Shown: one piece after another, positions 10,071 through 19,681 of the stretch
How positions within the stretch are numbered: position 1 is the first letter of the stretch
How the letters are laid out: each line of letters begins with the position of its first letter
NCBI GenBank assembly: GCA_963666315.2
Contig: CAXXHG010000014.1
Span: 96,001-160,000, forward strand
Source: Candidatus Binatia bacterium
GTDB lineage: Bacteria > Desulfobacterota > Binatia > Bin18
Direction: 5' to 3'
DNA: 64,000 bases
Position numbers and translations under genes: made by a program
The notes under the pieces: model-generated
Told to the model about the DNA's origin: nothing
What the model saw: the letters and a program-made list of their open reading frames with translations, nothing else
The model's database searches: none

Positions 10071-10266
10071 TAATAAAAGAGGAGAAACACGTTGAAGACG
10101 GTGTTTTTCGTGCCTTCTGACACCGATCCAATGCCGTAGAAGATCTTCGTCGAAACGGGACGCGTCCGGATTCAGGGCTTGATGGGATATTCATGAAAGC
10201 AAGAGTGTAGCGGGAGAAGAAACGAGGCAGAATGGGGGAAACACGGGGCTGTGCTTACAGTGTCTC

Positions 10267-11988
10267 TTAATCAGATTCTCTTCTTACCAACCGCAAACTC
10301 CGCAATCGATTCAACGCGGCAGCGATCTCAAACCGCCGGGCGCGGGCGCGGTCACCGAAGCCTCGATCGGGAATGGTATCAAGACCATCTTTTTCGATCT
10401 GTTCGTCAATCCGATCGAGCAATTCAGTAATACTCTTCTTCCCGTCACACAGCCCACGCGAGCATTGCAACAGCACATCGCCGATCATACGACATTGAGC
10501 AGCATCAACGAGTTGATACAACAATGAGACATCAATCTCTTCGCTGCCAAACTCGATCGCTCGGGTTTTCACACTCCGCACCCATTCCTTTTTGCGCCCC
10601 CGACTAGGGTCGAGACTGCGTGGGTCGGGCAGACGTGGCTTTGATTCGAGCCATATCCCTGGAGCTTGAGGGCCAGAGTCTTTTTGGGGCAGTTCCCGCG
10701 CGATTTCTCGTGCACGATCCGTGACATTTTTTGGCCGATACTCGTCCATTCGGATTACCGTATCAACAACATCAAGGTAATCGCCGGCGCCACCGACAAC
10801 AAGAATAGACGAGACGTGCTTTTCTTCCCACAGCTGACGCACCCGATCGAGATACGGCGTGATCGGTTCTTTCTCACTCGGCACTAGACGCCGCATGCGT
10901 GCATCGCGAATCATAAAATTCGTGGCAGCGGTATCTTCGTCAATAAGCAACGCAGTCGCACCAACCTCAAGGGATTCAATAATGGCTGCAGCCTGAGACG
11001 TACTGCCCGAGGCGTCATCAGTATCAAACCAATCCGTTTTTCGACCAAGCGGCAAGGCGTTGATAAACGGTCGCAAATCGACTCCGCGGACTGAGCGGCC
11101 ATCTTCTGCTCGTATACTCACCGCACTGGCCGTTGTCACACATCGACTCCGGCCGTCACCGGGAATATGGTCATACACACCATTCGCCACAGCCGAGAGC
11201 AAGGTTGATTTTCCGTGATAGCCACCACCGGCAATGAGCGTCACACCAACCCGAATCCCCAGACCACGCAGCCTGCCCGCATGTGGAGCGTCCAGTTCAC
11301 AGGCGAGGGCTTCCGGTACAGTGAGGGGAAGGGCTTCGTCCATCGGCCGGTCATCCGCCCCACTACGGCGGGGTAAGACACTGCCCTCAGTTAAAAAGGC
11401 CACCAAGCCATTTTCCTTGAACCGCTGACGTAGGGCGACTTGATCTTCGACGCAGTGCACGTGGTGTCGTAGCCCACAAAGATCTAACTCATCAAAAACG
11501 CTGTTCAAAACATCCGGAAGGCGACGTGTGAGAAGCTGAGCGGCTTCTCGCCCCAGGATACGTCGTCCTGCTGCAGGCAGTCCTACGCTCAATCGGACTC
11601 TCAGGGCTCCGTCCGTGCTGACAAGTACGGCCGTCCGCTCTAGTACCTGCTGGCCGACGGTCATGATTTCGAGCAGACCGCTCTTGCCACTGCCCAGCTT
11701 ACCCCGCACGGAGGACAATTGACGAAGAAAGACGCGGTGTACAAAATCAGCGCTCGCTCGCCGCGCGTCAGTCCCGGCAGAGGACCAGTCCGGAAGTTTG
11801 CCTCGGTCCGCCGGAATATCAATGCGAATTCGACTAGGCGAGGCAAAAGGGTCGCCCTGGATATGGTCAAAATTCAATCGATATGGACCCAGCGCATACG
11901 ACCGTCCGCGCAAGTCTTTATAAAACCCGTACGGGCGCCCATCGATGCGTTCTACATCGCGGCCCAAATCGGCTTGGAGTTCAGCCAT
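10267..11988 (-). CDS. ABC-class ATPase-domain protein of unknown function (PF09818-like)
   Basis: DHIQGDPFASPS, Walker A GGGYHGKST, DASGSTSQAA, LLIDEDTAATNFM. Confidence 0.85.
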   Translation of the reverse strand: MAELQADLGRDVERIDGRPYGFYKDLRGRSYALGPYRLNFDHIQGDPFASPSRIRIDIPADRGKLPDWSSAGTDARRASADFVHRVFLRQLSSVRGKLGSGKSGLLEIMTVGQQVLERTAVLVSTDGALRVRLSVGLPAAGRRILGREAAQLLTRRLPDVLNSVFDELDLCGLRHHVHCVEDQVALRQRFKENGLVAFLTEGSVLPRRSGADDRPMDEALPLTVPEALACELDAPHAGRLRGLGIRVGVTLIAGGGYHGKSTLLSAVANGVYDHIPGDGRSRCVTTASAVSIRAEDGRSVRGVDLRPFINALPLGRKTDWFDTDDASGSTSQAAAIIESLEVGATALLIDEDTAATNFMIRDARMRRLVPSEKEPITPYLDRVRQLWEEKHVSSILVVGGAGDYLDVVDTVIRMDEYRPKNVTDRAREIARELPQKDSGPQAPGIWLESKPRLPDPRSLDPSRGRKKEWVRSVKTRAIEFGSEEIDVSLLYQLVDAAQCRMIGDVLLQCSRGLCDGKKSITELLDRIDEQIEKDGLDTIPDRGFGDRARARRFEIAAALNRLRSLRLVRRESD

Positions 11989-12189
11989 GCTCTTCCACCT
12001 CAAGCGAAAATCAGGCGGCGGGCGACAACACCATCGTCATCGCCATTGTTATGGCCATCGTTATGGCAAGAAGGTATGCAGGAAGAGTAAGAGGAGAACA
12101 AGGCCGGTTGTTTCAGGGTTTGGTATAAAAAAGGGAAGGAGCTGTCGCCTTCCCTTAGAGGGCTTGATTTCTTTCATGCATTACCGGCA

Positions 12190-12867
12190 TTACTGCAGCA
12201 TGGCGTCCCAGCCCTTCCAATACAGCTCAGCCACACAGCCGGCTTCTTTGAGAAATTCCTGATGATCACGCTCTGAAGTCATGAGCCGCTTGATCATTTT
12301 CTTTCCAACTTCAGCATGTTCTCTGTCCGCCTCAATATGACCCGAGAAGAAACGTAGCTGATCCGGCTTCATATCGTAGTGCTTGAGAAATCCTTCCAGC
12401 ATTTTTTCACACGCCTGAGAAAAGCTGCCTTCAAGCATACCAATCGCGCCTGCGTAGCGTGCTTTATGTGTCATCAGGATCCAGAAGTAAGCGTTCATGG
12501 CGCGTGAGGCAGGCGAGGCGCTGGACTCCTCTAGCTCAGCCCGTGACAAGCCGAGGGCCTGTTCCCAAAACTCAAATAGCAATTCCGTATGACTGGTCGT
12601 CTGTGTATAGAGGCCCATGGCTTCTTCGGCAAAGTTTTCTGCCATCAACTCGGCACCTTCTTTGTCTATATTACGCATGCTGATATAGCCTTGGGCCACA
12701 TATCCTCCAGAGTCTCGGACGGTCATTTCATAGTGCTCAACCGCAAATCGCTTGATCTGGTCTGTAGTAGCCGTACCTGCGTGGATCGCATTGACTAGAG
12801 GATGATGACTAATGTCAAATTCACTGGAGATCTTGCCAATCTCCTGCCAAAATGTTTGCGTATCCAT
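12190..12867 (-). CDS. Heme-oxygenase-like diiron enzyme (CADD/PqqC/TenA superfamily)
   Basis: HPL start, ENFAEE...SHTEL, LEG and FFSGHIEADREH ligand pattern; SD GGAGG before ATG 12867. Confidence 0.8.
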   Translation of the reverse strand: MDTQTFWQEIGKISSEFDISHHPLVNAIHAGTATTDQIKRFAVEHYEMTVRDSGGYVAQGYISMRNIDKEGAELMAENFAEEAMGLYTQTTSHTELLFEFWEQALGLSRAELEESSASPASRAMNAYFWILMTHKARYAGAIGMLEGSFSQACEKMLEGFLKHYDMKPDQLRFFSGHIEADREHAEVGKKMIKRLMTSERDHQEFLKEAGCVAELYWKGWDAMLQ

Positions 12868-12989
12868 AGACCCTCCTGTGTTGCTTCCCCTCAAAAAGAT
12901 AAGGGCGCTGTTGCCAGCGCCCTTCTTACTTCTGTCAGATGTGAAAGGCAAGAGACAAACGTCCCCTGCCGCAGTATCGAGTTTCCGAG

Positions 12990-14684
12990 CTACGCACCGT
13001 GCCGCAGCAGCTTGCCAGGGATCGCACCGGTGTTCTTGTCGTTCTCCAGCGTCACTTCGCCGTTCACCAGCACTGCTCGGTAGCCTTTGGCCTTCTGCAC
13101 CCGCCGCCATTCTTTACCCGGCAGGTCATGGACAACTTCCATAGGCAGGACTTCAAGATTGTCGTAGTCATAGACCACGATATCGGCCGGTGCACCTTCG
13201 CGTAGCGTGCCACGATCTTTAAAGCCTGCGCACGCGGCCGGCATGGCACTCAGACGCCAGTGAGCTTCTTCGAGACCCATCATATTGTGGCCACGAACAA
13301 TCCGGGTGATAACTTCGGTTGAATAGCGCCCACCACAGAAGAACTTGGTATGAGCCCCACCATCCGATACACCAAACAGCGTTGTTTCCGGGGTGATGAG
13401 TTCTTTGAGGTGTTCAATCTTCTCACCAATAGACGGTCCATAGAACGTCGTGGCCATGTCATCCGCCACAGCTAGGTCGAGCATGGCATCCACCGGATGT
13501 TTGCCTTCCCGCTCTCCGACTTCACGCAAAGTCAGATTCTCCAGGTGCTTCATGTCTTCGCGTTTTACCTCAAGGACCATGATGTCGTCAAACGAACTCG
13601 TGACCGCCCCGGTGGGATCGTTCTTTAAGGACGCCCGACGGGTAGGGTCAGCCAGCTTGGCTTTCCGTTCTTCAACCGTTCCCAACGTGGCCTCACGCCA
13701 GGCAGGATCGTCATCCCACAAATTCCAGTCCTGGAAGGTAAAAGTAAAGCCGGCATCGGTCGTCAGCCCTTGACCATAGATGCGCAGGCCTTTTTGGCGG
13801 CAGCGCTCGATCCAGTCTAAGAGATGGCGGTGGCGTTCGGGATACCTGTCACTGGCTTGGATGACGTTGTAGAGAATCGGCCGACCGCTGGCCTCAGCCA
13901 GCTCTTCAAAACTGTTCTCGATTTCATCATAGCCCGCCACAGTCGGAATGAGCGTCATTTGGATAAAACCCTCATTCCTATCAGCGAGTACTTTGGCAAA
14001 TTCGAGGCAGGTTTCCTGGTGCATGATGTCCGTCGGCATAGGCGTACCGTCATAGTCACATTGTACGCTGTCATGCCCCAAGCGCTGGGCTGACCAGCCA
14101 CAGCCGCCGGCATCCATGCCTTCGTGTAACAACTGGGCCATCTTCCGATGCTCGTCATCTGTCGGCATCCGACCCGATTTCGCCCCCTCACGCCCCATGA
14201 CCCACACCATCAGGGGTGCAATCGGCATATACGGCAGGATGTTCAAGCCTTTTGGTGTCCGATCCACACTGTCCAAGAATTCCGGAAAGGTGACCCAATC
14301 CCACGGCATGCCTGCCTTCATCGAGTCGTAGGGAATAGCTTCAGTTCGGGTCATGGTCAGCATCGCCCGTTCTTGGTCTTCTGGCGGCACCGGCGCAAAG
14401 CCAAACCCGCAGTTGCCTATGACAACGGAGGTGATGCCGTGCCAGCCCGAAATTGTCAGATACGGATCCCAAAACAGCTGGGCGTCGTAGTGCGTATGCA
14501 GATCAATGAATCCCGGCACGACCATATGGCCTTCCGCATCCAAGGTTTTCGTCCCTTGATGGGATTGCAGGCGGCCGATTTTGGCAATCTTGCCGTCTTT
14601 GACACCAATGTCCGCCTTGTAGCGCGGCAGTCGCGTCCCATCGATGACCATTCCACCTTTGATAACAAGATCAAATTCCGGCAT
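12990..14684 (-). CDS. Amidohydrolase, N-acyl-D-amino-acid deacylase family
   Basis: PGFIDLHTHYD, GNCGFG, SDGGAH, G..ADIVV. Confidence 0.9.
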   Translation of the reverse strand: MPEFDLVIKGGMVIDGTRLPRYKADIGVKDGKIAKIGRLQSHQGTKTLDAEGHMVVPGFIDLHTHYDAQLFWDPYLTISGWHGITSVVIGNCGFGFAPVPPEDQERAMLTMTRTEAIPYDSMKAGMPWDWVTFPEFLDSVDRTPKGLNILPYMPIAPLMVWVMGREGAKSGRMPTDDEHRKMAQLLHEGMDAGGCGWSAQRLGHDSVQCDYDGTPMPTDIMHQETCLEFAKVLADRNEGFIQMTLIPTVAGYDEIENSFEELAEASGRPILYNVIQASDRYPERHRHLLDWIERCRQKGLRIYGQGLTTDAGFTFTFQDWNLWDDDPAWREATLGTVEERKAKLADPTRRASLKNDPTGAVTSSFDDIMVLEVKREDMKHLENLTLREVGEREGKHPVDAMLDLAVADDMATTFYGPSIGEKIEHLKELITPETTLFGVSDGGAHTKFFCGGRYSTEVITRIVRGHNMMGLEEAHWRLSAMPAACAGFKDRGTLREGAPADIVVYDYDNLEVLPMEVVHDLPGKEWRRVQKAKGYRAVLVNGEVTLENDKNTGAIPGKLLRHGA

Positions 14685-14937
14685 AACATCCCTCCTTAGA
14701 AATTGAGAATTTTTGCGCGGGGTTCCGTCAGTCAAACCGAGGCTTTCCCGATCTATACTGCCAAAACCAGTTGGTCACAAGGCTTGAGGAAAGAAAATAT
14801 TCACAGCTTTCTCCTCCCTGTCACACCCCTCAATCTCAAGTGGAGACCAGTTGATAAAGAGCAGCAGACCCGAGGAGATACGGATGAGAGAGCGGCGGTC
14901 TGGCTAGGCAGCCCAACAGAACGGCTGGGTCATATCC

Positions 14938-17628
14938 CTACTCAAACAATTGGGTCCGAATATGCCGCTGATAAATCTTGGGCAGCTCTAACGGCAAGGA
15001 CGGAATATCCTCAAGTACCATATAGCGCGATGGAGCACACATCTCGCGCAGATAGTCATGGCCGCCTTTATCAATAGTCAGACAGAACGACATAATATTC
15101 TCTCGTTCTGCTTCCCGCAGGGCCATCATGGTATCGCGCAGTCCGTACATGGGCGCGTTCTCATCTCGCCCATAGTCAGCGTCTTCCGGGCAACCATCAC
15201 TCAGCAACACCAACAGCTTGGCACGGCTGGCAACGTCTTTAAGCTTCCGGGTGGCATGCCGCACGGCAGCGCCCATCCGGGTACTCCGTTGCGGCTCCAA
15301 CCCGCTGATGCGGCCTTTGACATCATCCGATAGCTTTTCGTCAAACGCTTTGACCGGATAGATCTCGATATTGTGCCGCCCCGCACTTGAAAAACCATAG
15401 ATGGCATACGCATCACCGATTTCTTCTAGTGCGACAGACAACACCACTACAGCTTCTTTGAGCATATCAATGACCCGTGCGCCACTGGTCTCACTATCTC
15501 CCGCCTCTGTTTCCTTTTGAATCCTCGTGTCAGTGGAAGCACTCAGATCTAACAGAAACAGGGCGGCCACATCACGTTGCCTGGGCTGCCTGGCCGCGTA
15601 GAGGCGCGTCGACGGCGCAACCCCTGTGCGCAGATCGACCCGGGCAGCGACTGCTGCATCCAGGTCGATCACTTCCCCATCTTCCAGCCCCTTCACCAGC
15701 CGGTATAGCTTAGGGCGCAGTTGTTGGAACTCACGCTTAATGTTGGGAATGACCTCAGCATAGCGTGCGAGCGTCGTGTCAAAGAATCCGCCCATGTCGC
15801 TGGCTAACGGAACCTCGTGCAACTCGCACCAACGGGCGCGGTAATCCTCAATCAAAAAATCCCACTCGTCATATAAATAGCGGACGCCGACTACAGACTG
15901 GCGACGACGCAGTTGCTCTTTTTTGTGTTCTTCCTGTTCGGCTTCGTCGTCTTCCTCACACAACGCATCTAGCGCATCCAGCGGCATGCCGTGGATCGAG
16001 GCCGGCCGGGTCTGTCTTATCTTCTTCTTATTCTGATGTTGGCGCAGCGTCAGAATGATCCGTTTCAGAATAGCCTGCTCTCGTTCAGATAGCTCGGGAT
16101 CCACCGTCTTCTGCATCATATTGTCCGCTGCGCCATCCATGCTATCGTCCGCATCTTTTCGCCCCCTCGATAATTGCGCCGCATACTCGGACAGCGAAGA
16201 ATACAACTCAGTGGCCATAAGAAGAGAGACTGCTACGGTCGCATCTTGCTCCCAACCCGGCTTCAGGACGGCGTTCAGGTACGGCAAGACCGACTGGATA
16301 AGGGCGGGCAAGATGCGCGTCTGCGCCGCCGCCCAAGCAAGGTCTTTTTGCAATCCGTGATAGGCCTCAGCCAGACAGACGGCAATCCGTTGGCCTTCGA
16401 CGAACATAAACAGCGCCTCAATTTGTTCGGGGTTGGCAAAGAGTTTGAAATACGCAGCAAGATCCTGCGGGGGATGATCATCCGCACCGGCCCGCTCATG
16501 CACATAGGTCGGCACCTGCGGCCAGATGTCCGCAACAGACAGCGCATACGTGCCAAACTCGACCCGACCAGCCTGGTGGGCGGCCAGCACGCAGTACAAC
16601 CGGAAGTTCTCCTCAAAGGTTGAAAAGAGATCAATCTCAGCCGGCAACGGCAGGAATTCATCTTCCTCATCAACGATGGCCAGCGGTGGCGGAAAAGACA
16701 GCTCGGCGATTTCTTGAATGCTGACGGCTTGCCCGCACAACATGTGCATAAATTTGACTAATACGCTGTGCACTTCAGCCAGCAACACTACGGGAGACTC
16801 ATGCCGCAGCACTTGGAAACTCGTCCGCGATTCCAGGGTAAAAAAGGCTTCGGCCGCTTGCGGATTGCGCTGCGCAATCTCTTCTCCGGCTTGAATCCAG
16901 GTGAGAACCCCGGCTGTCCCAACCTCTTCATACGCTCGCGACAGTGTCCGAAAGAGCCGGGCAATAGCGGCAGGAAAAATACGAGCCAGTTCGGCAATGC
17001 GCTCGAGTACAGACAGCTGGCTGTCCTGTGCTAAGCCGGCAAGCGTGGGCCCAAGAAAAGGGATCACGCTGGGCAACGGCTCTGGATCAAAGGACGCAGC
17101 GGGTTGGAGGCAACGGAGTAAAGCCTGCCGAAGCGGCACGGACACATGGGCCAGAATTTGGGGCAGGGCATGATAAATACCGGCCGCAGCATGACGTGAA
17201 TGGTAGACGGCAGATCGACCCAGACGATAGACACTGAGCCGTTCCGCACGATCCAGCGCGCTGAGTCCGTCGGGCAGACGCGCGAAATCCTCTGCCCCGT
17301 TGATCGATTCAATATCCAGCAGAAAACGGATCCATTCGGACATCTCCGGCCGGGTCAAAACCCGCAGCAGCGCCGGAGTTGCCGCAAACATAGCGTTGGA
17401 GAGCGTAGCGCCACGCTCTCCAACCGTTTTGCAAACATGCAGACCTTGTTGGACCCATTCTTGGAGGAGCTCTGCGTCCAGCCATTCCTGCACAACCGGC
17501 TGCTCTACCTGAGCCAACGCATCGAGTAGGGTCGCGTGCTGCGCCGGAGACAATCCGTCTAGGGCCGCCTGAAACTGCTGCTGACTCTTTTCTTCAAGAG
17601 CGTACGGGTCGAAAGGTGTTATGGTCAT
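14938..17628 (-). CDS. Large NorD/CbbO-like von Willebrand A protein
   Basis: YDEWDFLIEDY, IDLDAAV, MIDAS DLSAS, TRMGAAVRHA, LLSDG; long helical N-terminal region. Confidence 0.85.
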   Translation of the reverse strand: MTITPFDPYALEEKSQQQFQAALDGLSPAQHATLLDALAQVEQPVVQEWLDAELLQEWVQQGLHVCKTVGERGATLSNAMFAATPALLRVLTRPEMSEWIRFLLDIESINGAEDFARLPDGLSALDRAERLSVYRLGRSAVYHSRHAAAGIYHALPQILAHVSVPLRQALLRCLQPAASFDPEPLPSVIPFLGPTLAGLAQDSQLSVLERIAELARIFPAAIARLFRTLSRAYEEVGTAGVLTWIQAGEEIAQRNPQAAEAFFTLESRTSFQVLRHESPVVLLAEVHSVLVKFMHMLCGQAVSIQEIAELSFPPPLAIVDEEDEFLPLPAEIDLFSTFEENFRLYCVLAAHQAGRVEFGTYALSVADIWPQVPTYVHERAGADDHPPQDLAAYFKLFANPEQIEALFMFVEGQRIAVCLAEAYHGLQKDLAWAAAQTRILPALIQSVLPYLNAVLKPGWEQDATVAVSLLMATELYSSLSEYAAQLSRGRKDADDSMDGAADNMMQKTVDPELSEREQAILKRIILTLRQHQNKKKIRQTRPASIHGMPLDALDALCEEDDEAEQEEHKKEQLRRRQSVVGVRYLYDEWDFLIEDYRARWCELHEVPLASDMGGFFDTTLARYAEVIPNIKREFQQLRPKLYRLVKGLEDGEVIDLDAAVAARVDLRTGVAPSTRLYAARQPRQRDVAALFLLDLSASTDTRIQKETEAGDSETSGARVIDMLKEAVVVLSVALEEIGDAYAIYGFSSAGRHNIEIYPVKAFDEKLSDDVKGRISGLEPQRSTRMGAAVRHATRKLKDVASRAKLLVLLSDGCPEDADYGRDENAPMYGLRDTMMALREAERENIMSFCLTIDKGGHDYLREMCAPSRYMVLEDIPSLPLELPKIYQRHIRTQLFE

Positions 17629-17758
17629 GTCTTTCCTAGACATCTCAGCAATCGGCCGTGCGCGGGCACAAAATGATACTCTGCTGTATCGGAGCACGAC
17701 TCAGAGATCAAGCGAGAACGCACGCGGTCCACGGGTGAGTAACACGTGGACACAGGGG

Positions 17759-18832
17759 CTACCAGCGTGCAATGATCTTTTCGCCAAATTCTGCGACAAA
17801 CTCTTCAAACGCGTCGAAGGTGGGAATAAACGCGACTTGTTTGACGCCGGCGTGCGCTAAGGCGCGTAGCCGTTTCAAGAGCGCTTCGGGCTGGGCGGTC
17901 AGCGTTGTTGCCTGAATCATGTCCGGCGTCACAAATTGTTGTTCTTCCGCCCGGACGTAGAGACAATGACCGTCATGCAGATCAAAATAATAATCGTCTT
18001 TGGCTTGCAAGCGCTGATCCATAAAGGCTTTATATTTGGCAAAGGTTGGTTGTATGGGCACGGGTGCCGCTACGGGATCTTGCACGGTCTCATACAACCA
18101 GTGCAACGCAACCGTCGTCCACGGGCCGGCTTGCGCCTTGACCCGCGCCGAATCCAATCCTTCCCCAGGACGTAACAGGCTGGCCGTCGTAAACAGGACC
18201 GTATGCAGGCTGGCGGGATCTTTCCCGGCTTTCTTCGCGCCTTGACTGACCTGTCGCCATGCCTCTCGCCAACCTGGAACCGTATTGGTGCGTGAGGTCA
18301 GCCAGCCAACGCCCACTTCCCCGGCCAGTGCCATCGCTTTGGGGGCATTGGCTGCAACATAGAGGGGAATCGGATCACGCGTATTTATGAATGCATACTC
18401 TTTATGAAAGAACTGTATCCTGCGCGCCTCCGCCCCCTCTTGGTAGACAACGTCTTGGTTGTCTAACAGGCCGCGTACAATTCGTATATATTCGCGCAGC
18501 TCACGCAGAGAACACGGCGGAAGACCCATTGCACGCCGCGCACTATTGCCCGTCCCAATTCCAAGAATAACCCGTCCTGGGGCCAATTGATTCACCGTAG
18601 CGATAGCATGCGCGGTGACTGGCGCGCTGCGCGTTCCGACAACCGCAACGCCAGTGCCGAGTATGACCCGTGTGGTTTGCTGTGCCATCAAGCCGAGGCA
18701 TAGATACACATCGCCGGCCATCATGGGTGAGTCTTCAACCCACACATGTGTAAACCCACACGTCTCGGCCAGCTTTGCATGTTCGGCACACTTGTCAGGC
18801 TTTGGGAAAATCAGAACACCAAAGTCCATCAC
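17759..18832 (-). CDS. Luciferase-like (LLM) flavin/F420-dependent oxidoreductase
   Basis: AETCGFTHVWVEDS, GRVILGIGTG, P.YVAA..PK. Confidence 0.85.
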   Translation of the reverse strand: MMDFGVLIFPKPDKCAEHAKLAETCGFTHVWVEDSPMMAGDVYLCLGLMAQQTTRVILGTGVAVVGTRSAPVTAHAIATVNQLAPGRVILGIGTGNSARRAMGLPPCSLRELREYIRIVRGLLDNQDVVYQEGAEARRIQFFHKEYAFINTRDPIPLYVAANAPKAMALAGEVGVGWLTSRTNTVPGWREAWRQVSQGAKKAGKDPASLHTVLFTTASLLRPGEGLDSARVKAQAGPWTTVALHWLYETVQDPVAAPVPIQPTFAKYKAFMDQRLQAKDDYYFDLHDGHCLYVRAEEQQFVTPDMIQATTLTAQPEALLKRLRALAHAGVKQVAFIPTFDAFEEFVAEFGEKIIARW

Positions 18833-19069
18833 AGCCGCTCTCTTTTCATTCGCTTCATTTCCTGCGCATGCGTATTGTCCTGCGCATGTCTATTATTTTC
18901 TCTCTCCGGACGCCCCGGAGCCTATTCCGAATTCCCTTACTGTGTCAATCCGAATATGGCCTATGCGCCCGGATTTTTTGGGTTTTTGGCTTTCCTTTAG
19001 CGCTGCAGCTGTGGTAAGCATTGGAAGAAACAATTAACTTTCCGCCACGAGCAGTAAGGAGGGAGTGCT

Positions 19070-19606
19070 ATGTCGCATAAAGGTTTTTCTCATATTGGGC
19101 TGTCCACACTCGATTTGGATAAGACGCGCGATTTCTACGAAAACATCCTCGGCTTTAAACCAGTGCGCTGCGATACCATCAAAGTCAAAGAGGGTGGCCA
19201 AATCCGCCATATCTTCTTCGACACGGGCCGGGATCAGTTGCTCGCCTTTATGGAAGCCAAGGGTATTCCTGGCGTCCCGGTTGAATACGACGCAGGCATC
19301 AACCGTGGCCTAGGGGTGCCAAGCGCATTCTATCGCTTTGCTTTTGAGACAGGCACCGAGGCGGCCTTAGAGGAAAAGCGGAAAGAACTTCAGGACAAAG
19401 GCGTCGAGGTTTCGGAAGTCGTAGATCACGACTGGGCCAAATCGATTTACTTTAAAGATCCAAACGGCATGCAGATGGAATACTGCTGCTTCACTCGTGA
19501 CTTTACAGATGAAGACGCAGTGATGGCCGAACGCTTTGAACTTCCGATCGAGGCACTTGGCTTAGAGGACACCCCGGATATTGTTGCGATAAATTCGCCA
19601 AGCTAA
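19070..19606 (+). CDS. VOC/glyoxalase family protein
   Basis: SHIGLST, FYENILGF, SIYFKDPNG..MEY. Confidence 0.85.
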   Translation: MSHKGFSHIGLSTLDLDKTRDFYENILGFKPVRCDTIKVKEGGQIRHIFFDTGRDQLLAFMEAKGIPGVPVEYDAGINRGLGVPSAFYRFAFETGTEAALEEKRKELQDKGVEVSEVVDHDWAKSIYFKDPNGMQMEYCCFTRDFTDEDAVMAERFELPIEALGLEDTPDIVAINSPS

Positions 19607-19619
19607 TACCAAAAAATAC

Positions 19620-19650
19620 GGGGCGTATCGTTATGCGGTACGCCCCTTTT
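19620..19650 (+). terminator. Probable intrinsic terminator
   Basis: GGGGCGTA...TACGCCCC stem followed by TTTT after the VOC stop. Confidence 0.6.
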
Positions 19651-19681
19651 CCCTTTCCCTGGTTTCCAGCAAAACTTCGGG

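Noticed and set aside
12031-12066. Leader or precursor peptide (MAITMAMTMV or HNDGHNNGDDDG) for the nearby HDO enzyme
   Set aside because: No SD or convincing start; explained by a 3x12-bp tandem repeat
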